DNA of 64,000 nt from an uncultured Spirochaetia bacterium (lineage in GTDB: Bacteria; Spirochaetota; Spirochaetia; CAZBHR01), in NCBI GenBank assembly GCA_964492025.1, contig CAZBHR010000004.1:32713-96712 (forward strand). Reading direction: 5' to 3'. The notes under the pieces were generated by a model. That model saw only the letters and a program-made list of their open reading frames with translations. It was not told the origin of the DNA and did not search any database. The position numbers were made by a program, and so were the translations under genes. This document shows positions 28,677 to 38,969 of the stretch, one piece after another (the first letter of the stretch is position 1; each line of letters begins with the position of its first letter).

Positions 28677-30167
28677 ATGGAGAAGAAATCACTTATTATA
28701 CATGGACACTTTTATCAGCCACCAAGAGAGCACCCCTGGACAGAGAAAATTCCAGAACAGCCAACGGCAAAACCATTTCATAACTGGAATGATAGAATTC
28801 ATAAAGAGTGCTACGAAGCAAACACAAACTCACCATATCTAAGGGGAGATGGAACCGTTCTTAAGCGATTTAATAACTACGAATATATATCTTTTAATTT
28901 TGGTCCAACCCTTCTTAATTGGATGAAGATATACCACCCGAAGGATTTTGAAGCGATTATTCAGGGGGATAGAAATAGTATACAACGAACAGGCCATGGA
29001 AATGCTATAGCCCAAGCGTACAACCACACAATTCTCCCTCTAGCAACAAGAGAGGATAAGGAGTGTCAAATACTCTGGGGAATTGAACATTTTACGAACA
29101 CCTTTGGTCGAGCACCTGAAAGTATGTGGCTTCCAGAAACAGCGGTAAATGAAGAGACCATTGATCTACTCCTTGAGGCTGGTATATCCTATGTAATACT
29201 CTCCCCTTGGCAGGCGAAAAGCTACACGAAGGAAGATGGCACATCAATACTTCTGGAAGGAAAATCAATTCCATCATTTGAGCCCTACGAAATTGAAGGA
29301 TCAAAGGGCTCTATTTCAGCAATGTTCTACCACCCTGACTTGGCATCAGAAATTAGTTTTGGAGGGATTCTCCACAGTGCGGATGTGCTGTACCAAAGAA
29401 TACTTTCGATTGGGAAAAACCAGAAAGGAGTTGTTCATACAGCGACAGATGGAGAAATATACGGCCACCACTTTAGGCTTGGAAATATGTGCCTATCTGC
29501 ACTGATTGAAAAAGTTGAAAACTCCGACATCCTTGAGATGACCAACTACGGAGCGTACTTAGCTAAAAATAAGCCTACTAAAAAAGCTATACTTCTTCCT
29601 GGAGAGGATGAAAGAGGAACCTCTTGGAGCTGTGCCCATGGAGTATCTCGATGGTATAAAGATTGTGGTTGCTCAACAGGAGGACAGGACGGATGGAACC
29701 AAGAGTGGCGAGCTCCCTTAAGAAAAAGCTTTGATCTCCTAAGTAGCCAAATGGCTGAAATACAACAACAGGAGATCCCAAAGATAACAGACACCCCAAT
29801 CCACGAAATAATCAAGGAGTACGGCAGAGTTCTTACGGGAGAGTTTTCACCAAGAAACTTCTGCATACACCTAGGGGTGACTGATCCATCGCAGCAGTTT
29901 ACCCTTTGTACCCTACTTGATGGGGAACTTCACAGAATGTATGCATACACATCCTGTGGGTGGTTCTTTGCAGAGCTTACCGATATTACTTCGGTACAAA
30001 ATATTCGGCACGCCCTGAGAGCAATACATCTATACCAGCCATTTACAAAGATAGATCTCATAGCAGAACTTAAGAGTAACTTAGCAGAAGCAAAAAGTAA
30101 TCTCCCCCATGGAGCTTCGGGAGATAAAATTGTAGATGAGTTACTTGAAGAAATTAAGGAGATGTAA
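28677..30167 (+). CDS. Glycoside hydrolase family 57 protein (alpha-amylase/4-alpha-glucanotransferase-like, GH57_N plus DUF3536)
   Basis: The N-terminal IIHGHFYQPPREHPW is a classic GH57 start, followed by WLPETAVNEETIDLL. It is divergent from the other GH57 operon. Confidence 0.7.
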   Translation: MEKKSLIIHGHFYQPPREHPWTEKIPEQPTAKPFHNWNDRIHKECYEANTNSPYLRGDGTVLKRFNNYEYISFNFGPTLLNWMKIYHPKDFEAIIQGDRNSIQRTGHGNAIAQAYNHTILPLATREDKECQILWGIEHFTNTFGRAPESMWLPETAVNEETIDLLLEAGISYVILSPWQAKSYTKEDGTSILLEGKSIPSFEPYEIEGSKGSISAMFYHPDLASEISFGGILHSADVLYQRILSIGKNQKGVVHTATDGEIYGHHFRLGNMCLSALIEKVENSDILEMTNYGAYLAKNKPTKKAILLPGEDERGTSWSCAHGVSRWYKDCGCSTGGQDGWNQEWRAPLRKSFDLLSSQMAEIQQQEIPKITDTPIHEIIKEYGRVLTGEFSPRNFCIHLGVTDPSQQFTLCTLLDGELHRMYAYTSCGWFFAELTDITSVQNIRHALRAIHLYQPFTKIDLIAELKSNLAEAKSNLPHGASGDKIVDELLEEIKEM

Positions 30168-30172
30168 CAATA

Positions 30173-31036
30173 CTACTCCCCTCGTTTGCCACTCCAGTGA
30201 AATTTTCGACACACCACATCGTAGTAAGATCGATTCAGGGACTCTACAATAAGGGTTCTGTTAAGAGATCGCTCGATACACACAACATCACGGGGCTCGA
30301 GGGGAACTGTATCCTGCCCATCTAGTGAGAGAATAAGATCAGCCCTCTGGTTCTCTGAAATGGTAACAGTAATACTGTCATTACCAGAGACCACAAGTGG
30401 CCTTGGAGAGAGGGAGAATGGGGAGATTGGATTTAGTACAAGTGCATCCATCCCCGCTTCAACAATAGGTCCTCCCGCAGCTAAGTTATAGGCAGTTGAG
30501 CCCGTAGGAGTTGCCACAAGCACACCATCGGCACGAAGAATTCCTAATGACGTTCCATTAATTTTTGGTTCCAAGTTCACCACATGAGATATTCCCGCAG
30601 ATCGAATAACCGCATCATTCAGAGCTAGCTTTTTAACTACAACCTTTCCCTCTCGTTGAACAGTAACCCGAAGCATGAGTCTCCTTGATACACCAACATC
30701 GCCACGGAGGTACGCATCAAAGGTGGTCTCCCACTCCTCCTTTGTAATCTCCGTAAGAAACCCAAAGGTCCCTAGGTTCACAGCAAGAAGAGGAGCACCT
30801 AAATCACCTAAAACACGAGAGGCAGCTAGTACCGTGCCGTCACCTCCAAGGGTAATAATGAGATCAGGCTTACCCATATTAGTAGGACTCCCCTTTCCTA
30901 TTGACCCTTCAGAATCACACAGCTCAACGGCAATATTCCGACCAACCAAAACCTCTTGAATTATAAGCATCCATTGATCAACATCCTCTCGGTGTCGATC
31001 TCCAAAAATCACAACCTCTTCAATTCTTCGTTTCAT
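30173..31036 (-). CDS. nadK: NAD kinase
   Basis: DLIITLGGDGTVLAASR (GGDG motif), NDAVI and TPTGSTAYNLAAGGPI are present. Confidence 0.92.
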   Translation of the reverse strand: MKRRIEEVVIFGDRHREDVDQWMLIIQEVLVGRNIAVELCDSEGSIGKGSPTNMGKPDLIITLGGDGTVLAASRVLGDLGAPLLAVNLGTFGFLTEITKEEWETTFDAYLRGDVGVSRRLMLRVTVQREGKVVVKKLALNDAVIRSAGISHVVNLEPKINGTSLGILRADGVLVATPTGSTAYNLAAGGPIVEAGMDALVLNPISPFSLSPRPLVVSGNDSITVTISENQRADLILSLDGQDTVPLEPRDVVCIERSLNRTLIVESLNRSYYDVVCRKFHWSGKRGE

Positions 31037-31053
31037 ACAACTCTCCTCAAGTC

Positions 31054-32073
31054 TTAGGGCAACGTCGCAAGCACACGGGACACAAGGTCAATCTCTTCCC
31101 GAGATAAAAGAGGATAAAGAGGAAGAGTAATTCCTCGCAAAGCAACCTGCTTTAATTCACTAGATAGCTCCTCTAAATTAACACTGGCATCTACCAACGA
31201 ACCTATAGTTATCCCCTTTTTCTTTGCATAACCACGGGCATCTTGCACACTTCCATCTAGTAGGACCGGAAAAAATGCAGGAACTAAGGAGGTACCTTCG
31301 GGAGAGTGCAGAAGAGGTCTGTTTCGACCACTTTTACGGAGAGCCTCTTGATACACCTTAAAGATACCAGAGCGTTTTTCTATATTCTTTCCAAGATATT
31401 TAAGCTGAGAAATGACAAGAGAAGCGTTCAGATCGGGCATCTGATAACTAGGCCGAGAAAAGTTCTGAACCTTTCTTATATTTCGCCAAAGACCTAATGA
31501 GTCTGTTGCTAAAAGAGCACCACCCCCCATAGCAACAACCCCAGGCTGGTCTCCAGAAAGAATGACAGCACTCCCGATTGACCCTACTGGTGTGTTATTA
31601 AGAGTTGACCCAATAGTTAAGGTAATATCTTCTATAATAGGAATACCAATGCTCTCATAATCCTCAGGTTTAGGAACATTCCCTGCGGGAGAAGAGAGCA
31701 GAAGAGCGGCTATACCTGCTTGTAGGGCTTCTTGAATTCCCTGATTTGAGGGGAGCAAAGTTCTCTCATCCAACTCAAGGACATAGGGAGTCAATCCAAT
31801 CGCAGATATCTGATCCATAAGAAAAGAGCTTACCAGTGGAGAAACACCCACAAGAGATCCCTGAGGGAGGCTCAATGCACCTAGCGCTATTTCGTAAGCC
31901 TGGTCACAACTGCGAACAGCCACTCCATAACCCTGCTTCCACCCTAAAGATTTACCAAGTTCCTGTATCGCCATTCCTCCAAGCTCTCCTGGAGAAACAG
32001 ACCCATCTATAATATTACTCAAAAGAGCGTCCATCTCTTTCCGAGTTATTGTATCTCGATGTAACGCAATCAT
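31054..32073 (-). CDS. DegT/DnrJ/EryC1-like aminotransferase-fold protein that apparently lacks the PLP-binding lysine
   Basis: The fold-type I layout is recognisable (AYEIALGALSLPQGSLVGVSP...IGIPIIEDITLTIGS...ILSGDQPGVVAMGGGALLATDS). The position where DegT enzymes carry the Schiff-base Lys (S-x-x-x-K-N/T) reads SGDQPG. Confidence 0.4.
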   Translation of the reverse strand: MIALHRDTITRKEMDALLSNIIDGSVSPGELGGMAIQELGKSLGWKQGYGVAVRSCDQAYEIALGALSLPQGSLVGVSPLVSSFLMDQISAIGLTPYVLELDERTLLPSNQGIQEALQAGIAALLLSSPAGNVPKPEDYESIGIPIIEDITLTIGSTLNNTPVGSIGSAVILSGDQPGVVAMGGGALLATDSLGLWRNIRKVQNFSRPSYQMPDLNASLVISQLKYLGKNIEKRSGIFKVYQEALRKSGRNRPLLHSPEGTSLVPAFFPVLLDGSVQDARGYAKKKGITIGSLVDASVNLEELSSELKQVALRGITLPLYPLLSREEIDLVSRVLATLP

Positions 32074-32579
32074 AGCTCACCCTCGTTGTTCTCTTCGGGT
32101 AACATGAGCTTGTTTAGAGAGCTCAGCCCCGATACATACCATCTATTATCAACCTCTTCAAAAAAGATCTCTCCCCGTAGAGTATCACCGTTCTCAAGCA
32201 GCAGACGAAAGGGAACAGTACAACGGGACCGAACCTTCATAATCTCTCCTATTAGTATAGTTTTAATAGGGTATATATTTTTTTCAAGGGGCATCAAGTT
32301 TCGTCTAAGAATCAATCTACTACCAGGCAAAAACATCTCATCACTAAGAGTCCCTTTGGAAAGGTTATCAAAAAATGTTATAGTAAGTTCTCCAAAAAAC
32401 CGACCATCATCAATGGTAAAATCCTGTAATGGCCCAATAACAGAATCCTCTGGTAGCTTAGCTGAGGAGTATCCTGTATTCCAAATTTCTTCATAGGAAG
32501 ATACATTACCAAACAGGGCTATGGAAGAACCAATCCATATAAGGAGTACTGTAATCATAAAAATCTTTGATCTGCTCAT
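32070..32579 (-). CDS. Secreted/periplasmic hypothetical protein
   Basis: An N-terminal signal peptide is present (MSRSKIFMITVLLIWIGSSIALFGN). It overlaps the DegT-like gene by 4 nt, suggesting translational coupling. Confidence 0.45.
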   Translation of the reverse strand: MSRSKIFMITVLLIWIGSSIALFGNVSSYEEIWNTGYSSAKLPEDSVIGPLQDFTIDDGRFFGELTITFFDNLSKGTLSDEMFLPGSRLILRRNLMPLEKNIYPIKTILIGEIMKVRSRCTVPFRLLLENGDTLRGEIFFEEVDNRWYVSGLSSLNKLMLPEENNEGEL

Positions 32580-32622
32580 TGTTACACTGTACTTTTTTCA
32601 AAAAGAATTGTAAATATACTCT

Positions 32623-33852
32623 ATGAGTGTTCAGCGTGATATATTACATCATCTCCAGTGCGACTATACAGAATCCATAAGGGATCCCCTATGGAAACAT
32701 ATTTATATATCCCAAGGGATGAAAGCTTTGCTACAGACTCCTCAACTGCAACAACTGCAGCGGGTAAAGCAGCTAGGTCCAACCCATCTGGTCTACCCAG
32801 GTGCGGTACATACCAGATTCAACCATAGTTTAGGAGTATACCACTTAGCAAAAGAGATTATTACAGCTATGGTAAAGCATAACTCCTCAGGGCTATTTAC
32901 CCTAAGGGGTGTTACAAACTTTCTTCTGGCAGCTCTCCTGCATGACCTAGGACACTTCCCCTACGCCCACTCTCTGAAAGAGGTTGTCCCCCTATCTCAT
33001 GAATCTTTAGGAAGAAAGATTATACTCAACACCGTACTTGCTGAAAAAATATCTCTGATTCCTGAGGGTGACCCCGAAATGGTTGGTCTCATTATAGACA
33101 ACTCTATACCTATTCAAAATCCAGAAATAGAGATGTACAGGAAGGTTCTCTCTGGACCCATGGATCCAGATAAACTTGACTACCTAAACAGGGATGCTTT
33201 TTTCTGTGGAGTCCCTTACGGAATACAGGATACCGATATTATTATAGAGAGCCTCACCCCCAACAGCAGTGATCCCATGGAACTCTCAGCTCAAAGGAGA
33301 GAACTTCTTGATGGTATACTTCTCTCAAAGTATCTCATGTATAAACATGTATACTGGCACCCTACTGTTCGTGGGGCTACAGCAATGATAAAAGAGGGAG
33401 TTCTTCATGGGTTTAACGAAGGAACTCTCCATGCCGAAGACATGTACGGACTGGATGACTACTCCTTTGAACTTTTAACCACAAGCCCCCTCCTTGAGGA
33501 GATGCTACTGTGCCTACAGAGTGGACAGGTGTACAACGAGGTTTTTCATACTGCCTATAAGGATACCCCCTTCTTAACCACCCCACAAGGAAAGAGAGAC
33601 TTTAAAAAGTCCCTCCAATCAAGGTCTTCAAAAAGGCTATTAGATACTGATATATTGATAGATATTCCTGAGGCAATATCCTTTGAAGTCCCAGAGACCC
33701 TTAAAGGAGCAACTCACATAACACCATTTTCGAGTAGCCTTGGTGAAGATCTCACTGGAGCACTTCGTAGAATCCGTATTTTCATACACCCTGAAAAAAG
33801 TGATGGGTTACCTCTGAAGTATGTACAAGAAGTGGTGCAAGAACTCTCATAA
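32623..33852 (+). CDS. HD-domain phosphohydrolase
   Basis: HTRFNHSLGVYHLA...LLHDLGHFPYAHS is the H..HD metal-binding signature of the HD superfamily. Confidence 0.75.
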   Translation: MSVQRDILHHLQCDYTESIRDPLWKHIYISQGMKALLQTPQLQQLQRVKQLGPTHLVYPGAVHTRFNHSLGVYHLAKEIITAMVKHNSSGLFTLRGVTNFLLAALLHDLGHFPYAHSLKEVVPLSHESLGRKIILNTVLAEKISLIPEGDPEMVGLIIDNSIPIQNPEIEMYRKVLSGPMDPDKLDYLNRDAFFCGVPYGIQDTDIIIESLTPNSSDPMELSAQRRELLDGILLSKYLMYKHVYWHPTVRGATAMIKEGVLHGFNEGTLHAEDMYGLDDYSFELLTTSPLLEEMLLCLQSGQVYNEVFHTAYKDTPFLTTPQGKRDFKKSLQSRSSKRLLDTDILIDIPEAISFEVPETLKGATHITPFSSSLGEDLTGALRRIRIFIHPEKSDGLPLKYVQEVVQELS

Positions 33853-33934
33853 ATTAGGATAATTCATAAAAAAACATCAAAAAACACCAATTTCAAGGTT
33901 TTTTATCAAACCCTTTGTAGACGGAGCAAAAAAG

Positions 33935-35539
33935 ATGGTTTATTATATATATATGAGACAAAAACGCTGTGCCCTTATAGTTATACTCTCTCTACTCTGT
34001 ATGCTATTTATTGGCACCCCTCTCTTGGCAAACAGTACTGGAGAGATTCTTTATGCCTCTTCGTTCAGTGAAGAGAGAGAGCCACCTACAAAAGAGAAAC
34101 AGGCGGAAAAGAAAACTCCCGAAAAAAAGGAGGCTCAACCTCTCGGCACAAAAGTCACACAAAACACCCTAGTTATGTATACTCCGGAAGCAGAGGACAA
34201 TACACAACAGGAAGGAGTACTAGAAGTACAGAGGGACAAGAACGATTCTCAATCAGCATTTCAGCCAAAGGCTATCTCTTTTGGATTAACAGGAGACCTC
34301 TACATAGAGGATCAAAATTTTGCTCTTTACGCAGCTCCATTTTTTCAATATTACAAAGACAATTTTAAACTCAGGTTTGAAATACCTGCAAATCTTTATT
34401 TTCGACAAAGCAATGAGTGGCAATTTGGATTTGATGATAGGGGTTGGCAGTTTTTTACAGACCCTTCATTCTGGCCAATATACCAAGGTATTCTCCACAA
34501 GGTAGATACTATAGCCTACTCCCTACGTATTCAAAATGCGGAAATTTTCTCTTTCGATTTCAGTAGAAGAGAACGAAAAGGACTCTCCTCGGGAGGTCTT
34601 ATTTCTCCTGCTCTTGAGGACCCTCGCTACAGAATGGCTCTTCAAGGAGCACTTTATGTAAACACAACCTTTTTCTCTGCAGAAGCGTACACCCCAAATA
34701 TAGAGGACCTGAACGTTGTAGGTGGTCGTTTAGGACTACATAGTAGCTCTCGGCATCCCGTAGAAACAGGCGTATCTGTTGCGTACGGAAGTGATCTCCA
34801 AGCAGCTAACTCCCTTGGGCTATTGGCCATGGGAGTTGATCAATATATCCCTCTTTTTACCACAGCAAAAACGAAAACAGGGTTACTTCTTGAAACTGGA
34901 ATAATAGCACCTATAGAAGAGGGAAATCTTGACTGGAAGGCGATTGCTCAAATAGGTTCTGGATTTTTTAAAAGCCTTGATAGTTTCTACCTTTCTGGAG
35001 GAGTAACCATCCGTTCTGAAAGGTTTAGCTCAAACCACTATGTAAGCTATAGTAGATCAATCTACCGAGGATTTTTTAACCAGTACTACAGAGATAACCA
35101 AAGTGCTATCCACAGTATGTATGCAAATGAGACAAGCTCGGGAGTCTATGAAGATGGACCCTATATGATACAGTACGAAACTGATAACCGCATAACCTTT
35201 GGAAAGGAGCAACAGCTCCGTATTGTATACGCTCTAAATTTCAGCCAGAGTCCAATAGATAAAAACTGGGACTACAATTTTGATAGATTCACTGCTCTGT
35301 GGACACTTAATGATCCGCTAGCATATAAAAGGTGGCACGGATCTGCTGGTATCTCCATGGAAAACCTAGGAGGTCTTATCAAGGGAGATCAAAGCTTTTT
35401 AGAGTTCACAAAGAGTAAAAATACCTACCTCTACGGTTCTATCCGATATGGAATTACGGATTTCCTCTTTATTCAGGGTGCTCTAAGTGTGGGTAAAGAT
35501 CCAGTAAGTGCTTCTCTGGGTGTTACACTTCGATTTTAG
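33935..35539 (+). CDS. Putative outer-membrane beta-barrel protein
   Basis: A signal peptide follows the internal Met (MRQKRCALIVILSLLCMLFIGTPLLANS). Alternating amphipathic strands are visible and the protein ends in a C-terminal aromatic residue (...VTLRF), which is typical of OMPs. Confidence 0.5.
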   Translation: MVYYIYMRQKRCALIVILSLLCMLFIGTPLLANSTGEILYASSFSEEREPPTKEKQAEKKTPEKKEAQPLGTKVTQNTLVMYTPEAEDNTQQEGVLEVQRDKNDSQSAFQPKAISFGLTGDLYIEDQNFALYAAPFFQYYKDNFKLRFEIPANLYFRQSNEWQFGFDDRGWQFFTDPSFWPIYQGILHKVDTIAYSLRIQNAEIFSFDFSRRERKGLSSGGLISPALEDPRYRMALQGALYVNTTFFSAEAYTPNIEDLNVVGGRLGLHSSSRHPVETGVSVAYGSDLQAANSLGLLAMGVDQYIPLFTTAKTKTGLLLETGIIAPIEEGNLDWKAIAQIGSGFFKSLDSFYLSGGVTIRSERFSSNHYVSYSRSIYRGFFNQYYRDNQSAIHSMYANETSSGVYEDGPYMIQYETDNRITFGKEQQLRIVYALNFSQSPIDKNWDYNFDRFTALWTLNDPLAYKRWHGSAGISMENLGGLIKGDQSFLEFTKSKNTYLYGSIRYGITDFLFIQGALSVGKDPVSASLGVTLRF

Positions 35540-35547
35540 GAAAAGTT

Positions 35548-37350
35548 ATGAAAACACAAAAAATAACTCTACTTCCCCCTGCTACAGCTCAGAAAATTGC
35601 TGCAGGAGAGGTAATAGATAGACCACAAGCGGTAGTAAGAGAGCTCCTTGATAATGCGATTGATGCAGGAGCAACCGCTATAGAGGTTCACCTAGAGGGT
35701 GGAGGTATTGATAAAATACAGGTAATAGATAACGGTGAAGGGATGAGTAAGGAAGATCTTGCAATCTGCTGGAGCTCCCATGCCACATCAAAAATAAAGG
35801 AGTTTGACGACCTAGAAAAGCTCCATACCATGGGGTTCCGAGGTGAGGCTCTTTATAGCATAGCTGCATGCACAAAGCTCTCCATATCTTCATCGCAGGA
35901 GAATGCCCTAGGAAACACCCTAGAAGTTCATAGCGGCGAGTTCATATCATTAGAGCCATCGGGACAAGGGCAAGGCACATCAATAGTTGTATCCGATCTA
36001 TTTTACTCAATTCCCGCACGGAAAAAGTTCCTAAAACGACCAAGTGCAGAGGCTACAGCCTGTAAAAAAACCTGTATTGCAAAGCTTATTCCATTTCCAC
36101 ATATTGAGTTTAAATTTTTTGTAGATGGGAAGCTTCAACTTTTTCTTCCTAAGCAAGAGTTAAAGGAACGTGTAGTAATGGCTCACAATTTGGGAGACCC
36201 AAAACTATTTCATAAGGTTACAAGAGAGGGGGCAACCTTTTCTATTACCGCTATCCTAGGGGATCCGACCGTTTCAAAACATGATAGATCTAAAATATTA
36301 CTCTACGTAGGAAATAGACCAATTCAGGAGTACGCACTTGTTCAGGCAGTGCAGCACGGCTATGATGCCTTTTTACCTGGTGGTCTCTTTCCTGTTGCTG
36401 CTATCTGTATTGATGTTGATCCCAAGTTGGTAGACGTAAATATTCACCCTGCAAAACGGGAAGTCCGAATGAAAAACCTTCCAGAGATTCACCATGAACT
36501 CTCCCACATGATCAAAGAACACTTGGGGGTGGCAGGCAAGGGTTTTCCCTCATCTTTAAGGAACAGACAGAGTGCTCCAGAAACATCCCCCCTACCCTTT
36601 ACCTCTCACTTCACCCAAGAAGCTTCGGATCTCTCATATACAGCGCCTACAAATAAAAATAGAGCATTCAAAGAGAGTTTCCATTCAGAGGTATATCAGC
36701 AAGTACCAACATATAAAGCACCTGTTACCCCTTCTCTACAGGAGGATTACCCTAAGGACTGGTTAGATCAAGTAAAGGAGATACATAAGGAACCCCTAGA
36801 GGTCGAATCTTATAATTTTCGATATCTAGGTCAACTGTTTGGGGTATTTCTTATTATTGAGCAAGATGATAACCTCATACTGGTAGATCAACATGCTGCC
36901 CATGAGCGTATCATATACGAAGAGCTCTGTAATGATACAGAGAGTCAACCTCTTTTACTTCCTGTACCAATATTCCCAGATGATGATGAAGAGCTTCTTA
37001 TAGAGAAACAGAAAGAGCTCTATAAAGAGCTGGGAATTGTGGTAGAGAAACAGGCTCCTGGTCACTGGGACATTACAAGTCTCCCACAGGTTATGCAGAA
37101 GAGCGACTCTACGATTGTTGACTTTATTACGACACAGCGAGGAACCATAGAGGAGTTACAGAAAACTCTATTTGCTAAAATAGCCTGCACAGAAGCTATA
37201 AAGGAGGGAGACTACCTCGATAGCCAGAGAGCCTCGGCTCTTGCGGATAAGGCTCTAAAGCTCCCCTTTCCTCGATGCCCCCATGGAAGGCCTCTTTGGG
37301 TTTCCATTGATAGGGATACACTGTATAAAGAGGTAGGTAGACTAATATGA
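35548..37350 (+). CDS. mutL: DNA mismatch repair protein MutL
   Basis: The GHKL ATPase motifs are present (AAGEVIDRPQAVVRELLDNAIDAGAT, DNGEGMSKEDL, GFRGEAL), followed by a C-terminal dimerisation domain. Confidence 0.93.
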   Translation: MKTQKITLLPPATAQKIAAGEVIDRPQAVVRELLDNAIDAGATAIEVHLEGGGIDKIQVIDNGEGMSKEDLAICWSSHATSKIKEFDDLEKLHTMGFRGEALYSIAACTKLSISSSQENALGNTLEVHSGEFISLEPSGQGQGTSIVVSDLFYSIPARKKFLKRPSAEATACKKTCIAKLIPFPHIEFKFFVDGKLQLFLPKQELKERVVMAHNLGDPKLFHKVTREGATFSITAILGDPTVSKHDRSKILLYVGNRPIQEYALVQAVQHGYDAFLPGGLFPVAAICIDVDPKLVDVNIHPAKREVRMKNLPEIHHELSHMIKEHLGVAGKGFPSSLRNRQSAPETSPLPFTSHFTQEASDLSYTAPTNKNRAFKESFHSEVYQQVPTYKAPVTPSLQEDYPKDWLDQVKEIHKEPLEVESYNFRYLGQLFGVFLIIEQDDNLILVDQHAAHERIIYEELCNDTESQPLLLPVPIFPDDDEELLIEKQKELYKELGIVVEKQAPGHWDITSLPQVMQKSDSTIVDFITTQRGTIEELQKTLFAKIACTEAIKEGDYLDSQRASALADKALKLPFPRCPHGRPLWVSIDRDTLYKEVGRLI

Positions 37351-38039
37351 AAATACTCTGTGTAGCCGATGCAAAAGACCCCCTTGTGTACTCATCTCTT
37401 ATCAAGGAGCGATTCAAGGATGTCTCTCTCGTATTAGGCGCTGGTGATCTCCCCCTCAAATACTACGGATTTATAGTGACATCATTAAATAAACCACTGC
37501 TCCACGTATTTGGTAATCATAATTTAGAAAATTTTGATGCGGTCCATGGAAAAACTCTTTACCCAGACTTTGATCAAGGGAAGGAGCCTATTCACAGATA
37601 TAGCTTTGGGTCTATTCATATAGGGGGACGAGTCGTTAAGGCTGAGGGTATTTTGATTGCAGGACTCGGAGGATGTAGAAACTACAACAATGGAAAAAAT
37701 CAGTACTCCGAGTTTCAAATGTTTTTACGAATAGTAAAACTGATGCCTAAGTTACTTTTTAATAGGATCTTTCGAGGGAGATGGTTAGATATACTCCTTA
37801 CCCATGCACCCCCATATCAACTAGGTGATAGAGAGGATCCATGTCATAAAGGTTTTAAGGTGTTTCGTCTATTCCTAAGGTGGTTCAAACCTAAGTATAT
37901 GCTTCATGGGCATGTTCACCTCTGGGGACTCAATGATGAGAGGGAGATAACCTACGGTAACACAAAAATTATTAATGTGTTTAATCATGTGGTATTAGAT
38001 TATGAGGAGCAGAAACGTGGACGTAAAAAATCTGTCTAA
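37347..38039 (+). CDS. Calcineurin-like metallophosphoesterase
   Basis: KILCVADAKD...GAGDL...GNHN...GHVH motifs are present. It overlaps mutL by 4 nt. Confidence 0.7.
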   Translation: MKILCVADAKDPLVYSSLIKERFKDVSLVLGAGDLPLKYYGFIVTSLNKPLLHVFGNHNLENFDAVHGKTLYPDFDQGKEPIHRYSFGSIHIGGRVVKAEGILIAGLGGCRNYNNGKNQYSEFQMFLRIVKLMPKLLFNRIFRGRWLDILLTHAPPYQLGDREDPCHKGFKVFRLFLRWFKPKYMLHGHVHLWGLNDEREITYGNTKIINVFNHVVLDYEEQKRGRKKSV

Positions 38040-38955
38040 CGAAGATTTCAACAAAGCCAGAATGAAGGCATCTATAAAAAATATAACCTCTGTACTTACG
38101 GGTAAAGGAGAACATAAACTCCTCCCCTTTGAAGAGATAAAAGAGATAAGCCACACAAAAAATCAATCCTATATTGGTATTAAAACAATTCCTATAGATC
38201 TCATTGCAGGAAGTGAAGGACGGTATCAGGATTTTGATAAAGCTTTTCTTCCAAAGAAAGAGTTTAGTCGCCACCGCTGGGTACGGGTAAATGAAGCAAG
38301 ACTTACAGATATTATACTCCCTCCTATTCAAGTATATGAGTTAGGTAGCCTCTACTTTGTACGAGATGGAAACCACCGTGTATCGGTAGCAAAAATGATG
38401 GGTATTGATTTTGTTGATGCAGAAATTATACGAGTAGAAACTCCTATAAACCTTACCCCAAATATGACGATTGAAGAGATTAGAGAGGTTGTACTTGACT
38501 ACGAGAGAACCCAGTTTTTCTCCCACCCACTCATAGTAAAACATATTCCCAATGAGGCCCTTCAGTTTACCACCCTAGGTAGATACCAAGAGGTTTGGGA
38601 GCATATTTCAGTACATCGATACTACTTAGGAGAGTACTACAACCGAGAGGTATCCTTGGAAGATGCTATTATCTCATGGTACAACACCCTATATCTCCCT
38701 ATTGTTACCTGTTTAGAGGAGAACAATTTCCTACAGAAGTTCTCAAAACGACACCGAGCGGATCTCTATATTTGGGTATTAAAACACTGGGATGAGCTAA
38801 AAAAGGACTACGGTGATGATGTTACCATCGAGAAGGCTACCGCCGATTTTACGAGTCGATTTGGAAGATCTAAGATACAAAGGATTTCTAGTAACATAAA
38901 AAGAAGTATAAAAAAGTTCTTTACCAACATATGGAGCAAACGAAAAAGGAGATAG
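38002..38955 (+). CDS. ParB/Srx-fold (ParB-like nuclease domain) protein
   Basis: The motif LYFVRDGNHRVSVAKMMGIDFVDAEII resembles the ParB/sulfiredoxin DGxHR core. The real start is possibly at the internal Met near 38062. Confidence 0.45.
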   Translation: MRSRNVDVKNLSNEDFNKARMKASIKNITSVLTGKGEHKLLPFEEIKEISHTKNQSYIGIKTIPIDLIAGSEGRYQDFDKAFLPKKEFSRHRWVRVNEARLTDIILPPIQVYELGSLYFVRDGNHRVSVAKMMGIDFVDAEIIRVETPINLTPNMTIEEIREVVLDYERTQFFSHPLIVKHIPNEALQFTTLGRYQEVWEHISVHRYYLGEYYNREVSLEDAIISWYNTLYLPIVTCLEENNFLQKFSKRHRADLYIWVLKHWDELKKDYGDDVTIEKATADFTSRFGRSKIQRISSNIKRSIKKFFTNIWSKRKRR

Positions 38956-38969
38956 CTACTTTTTTATAC

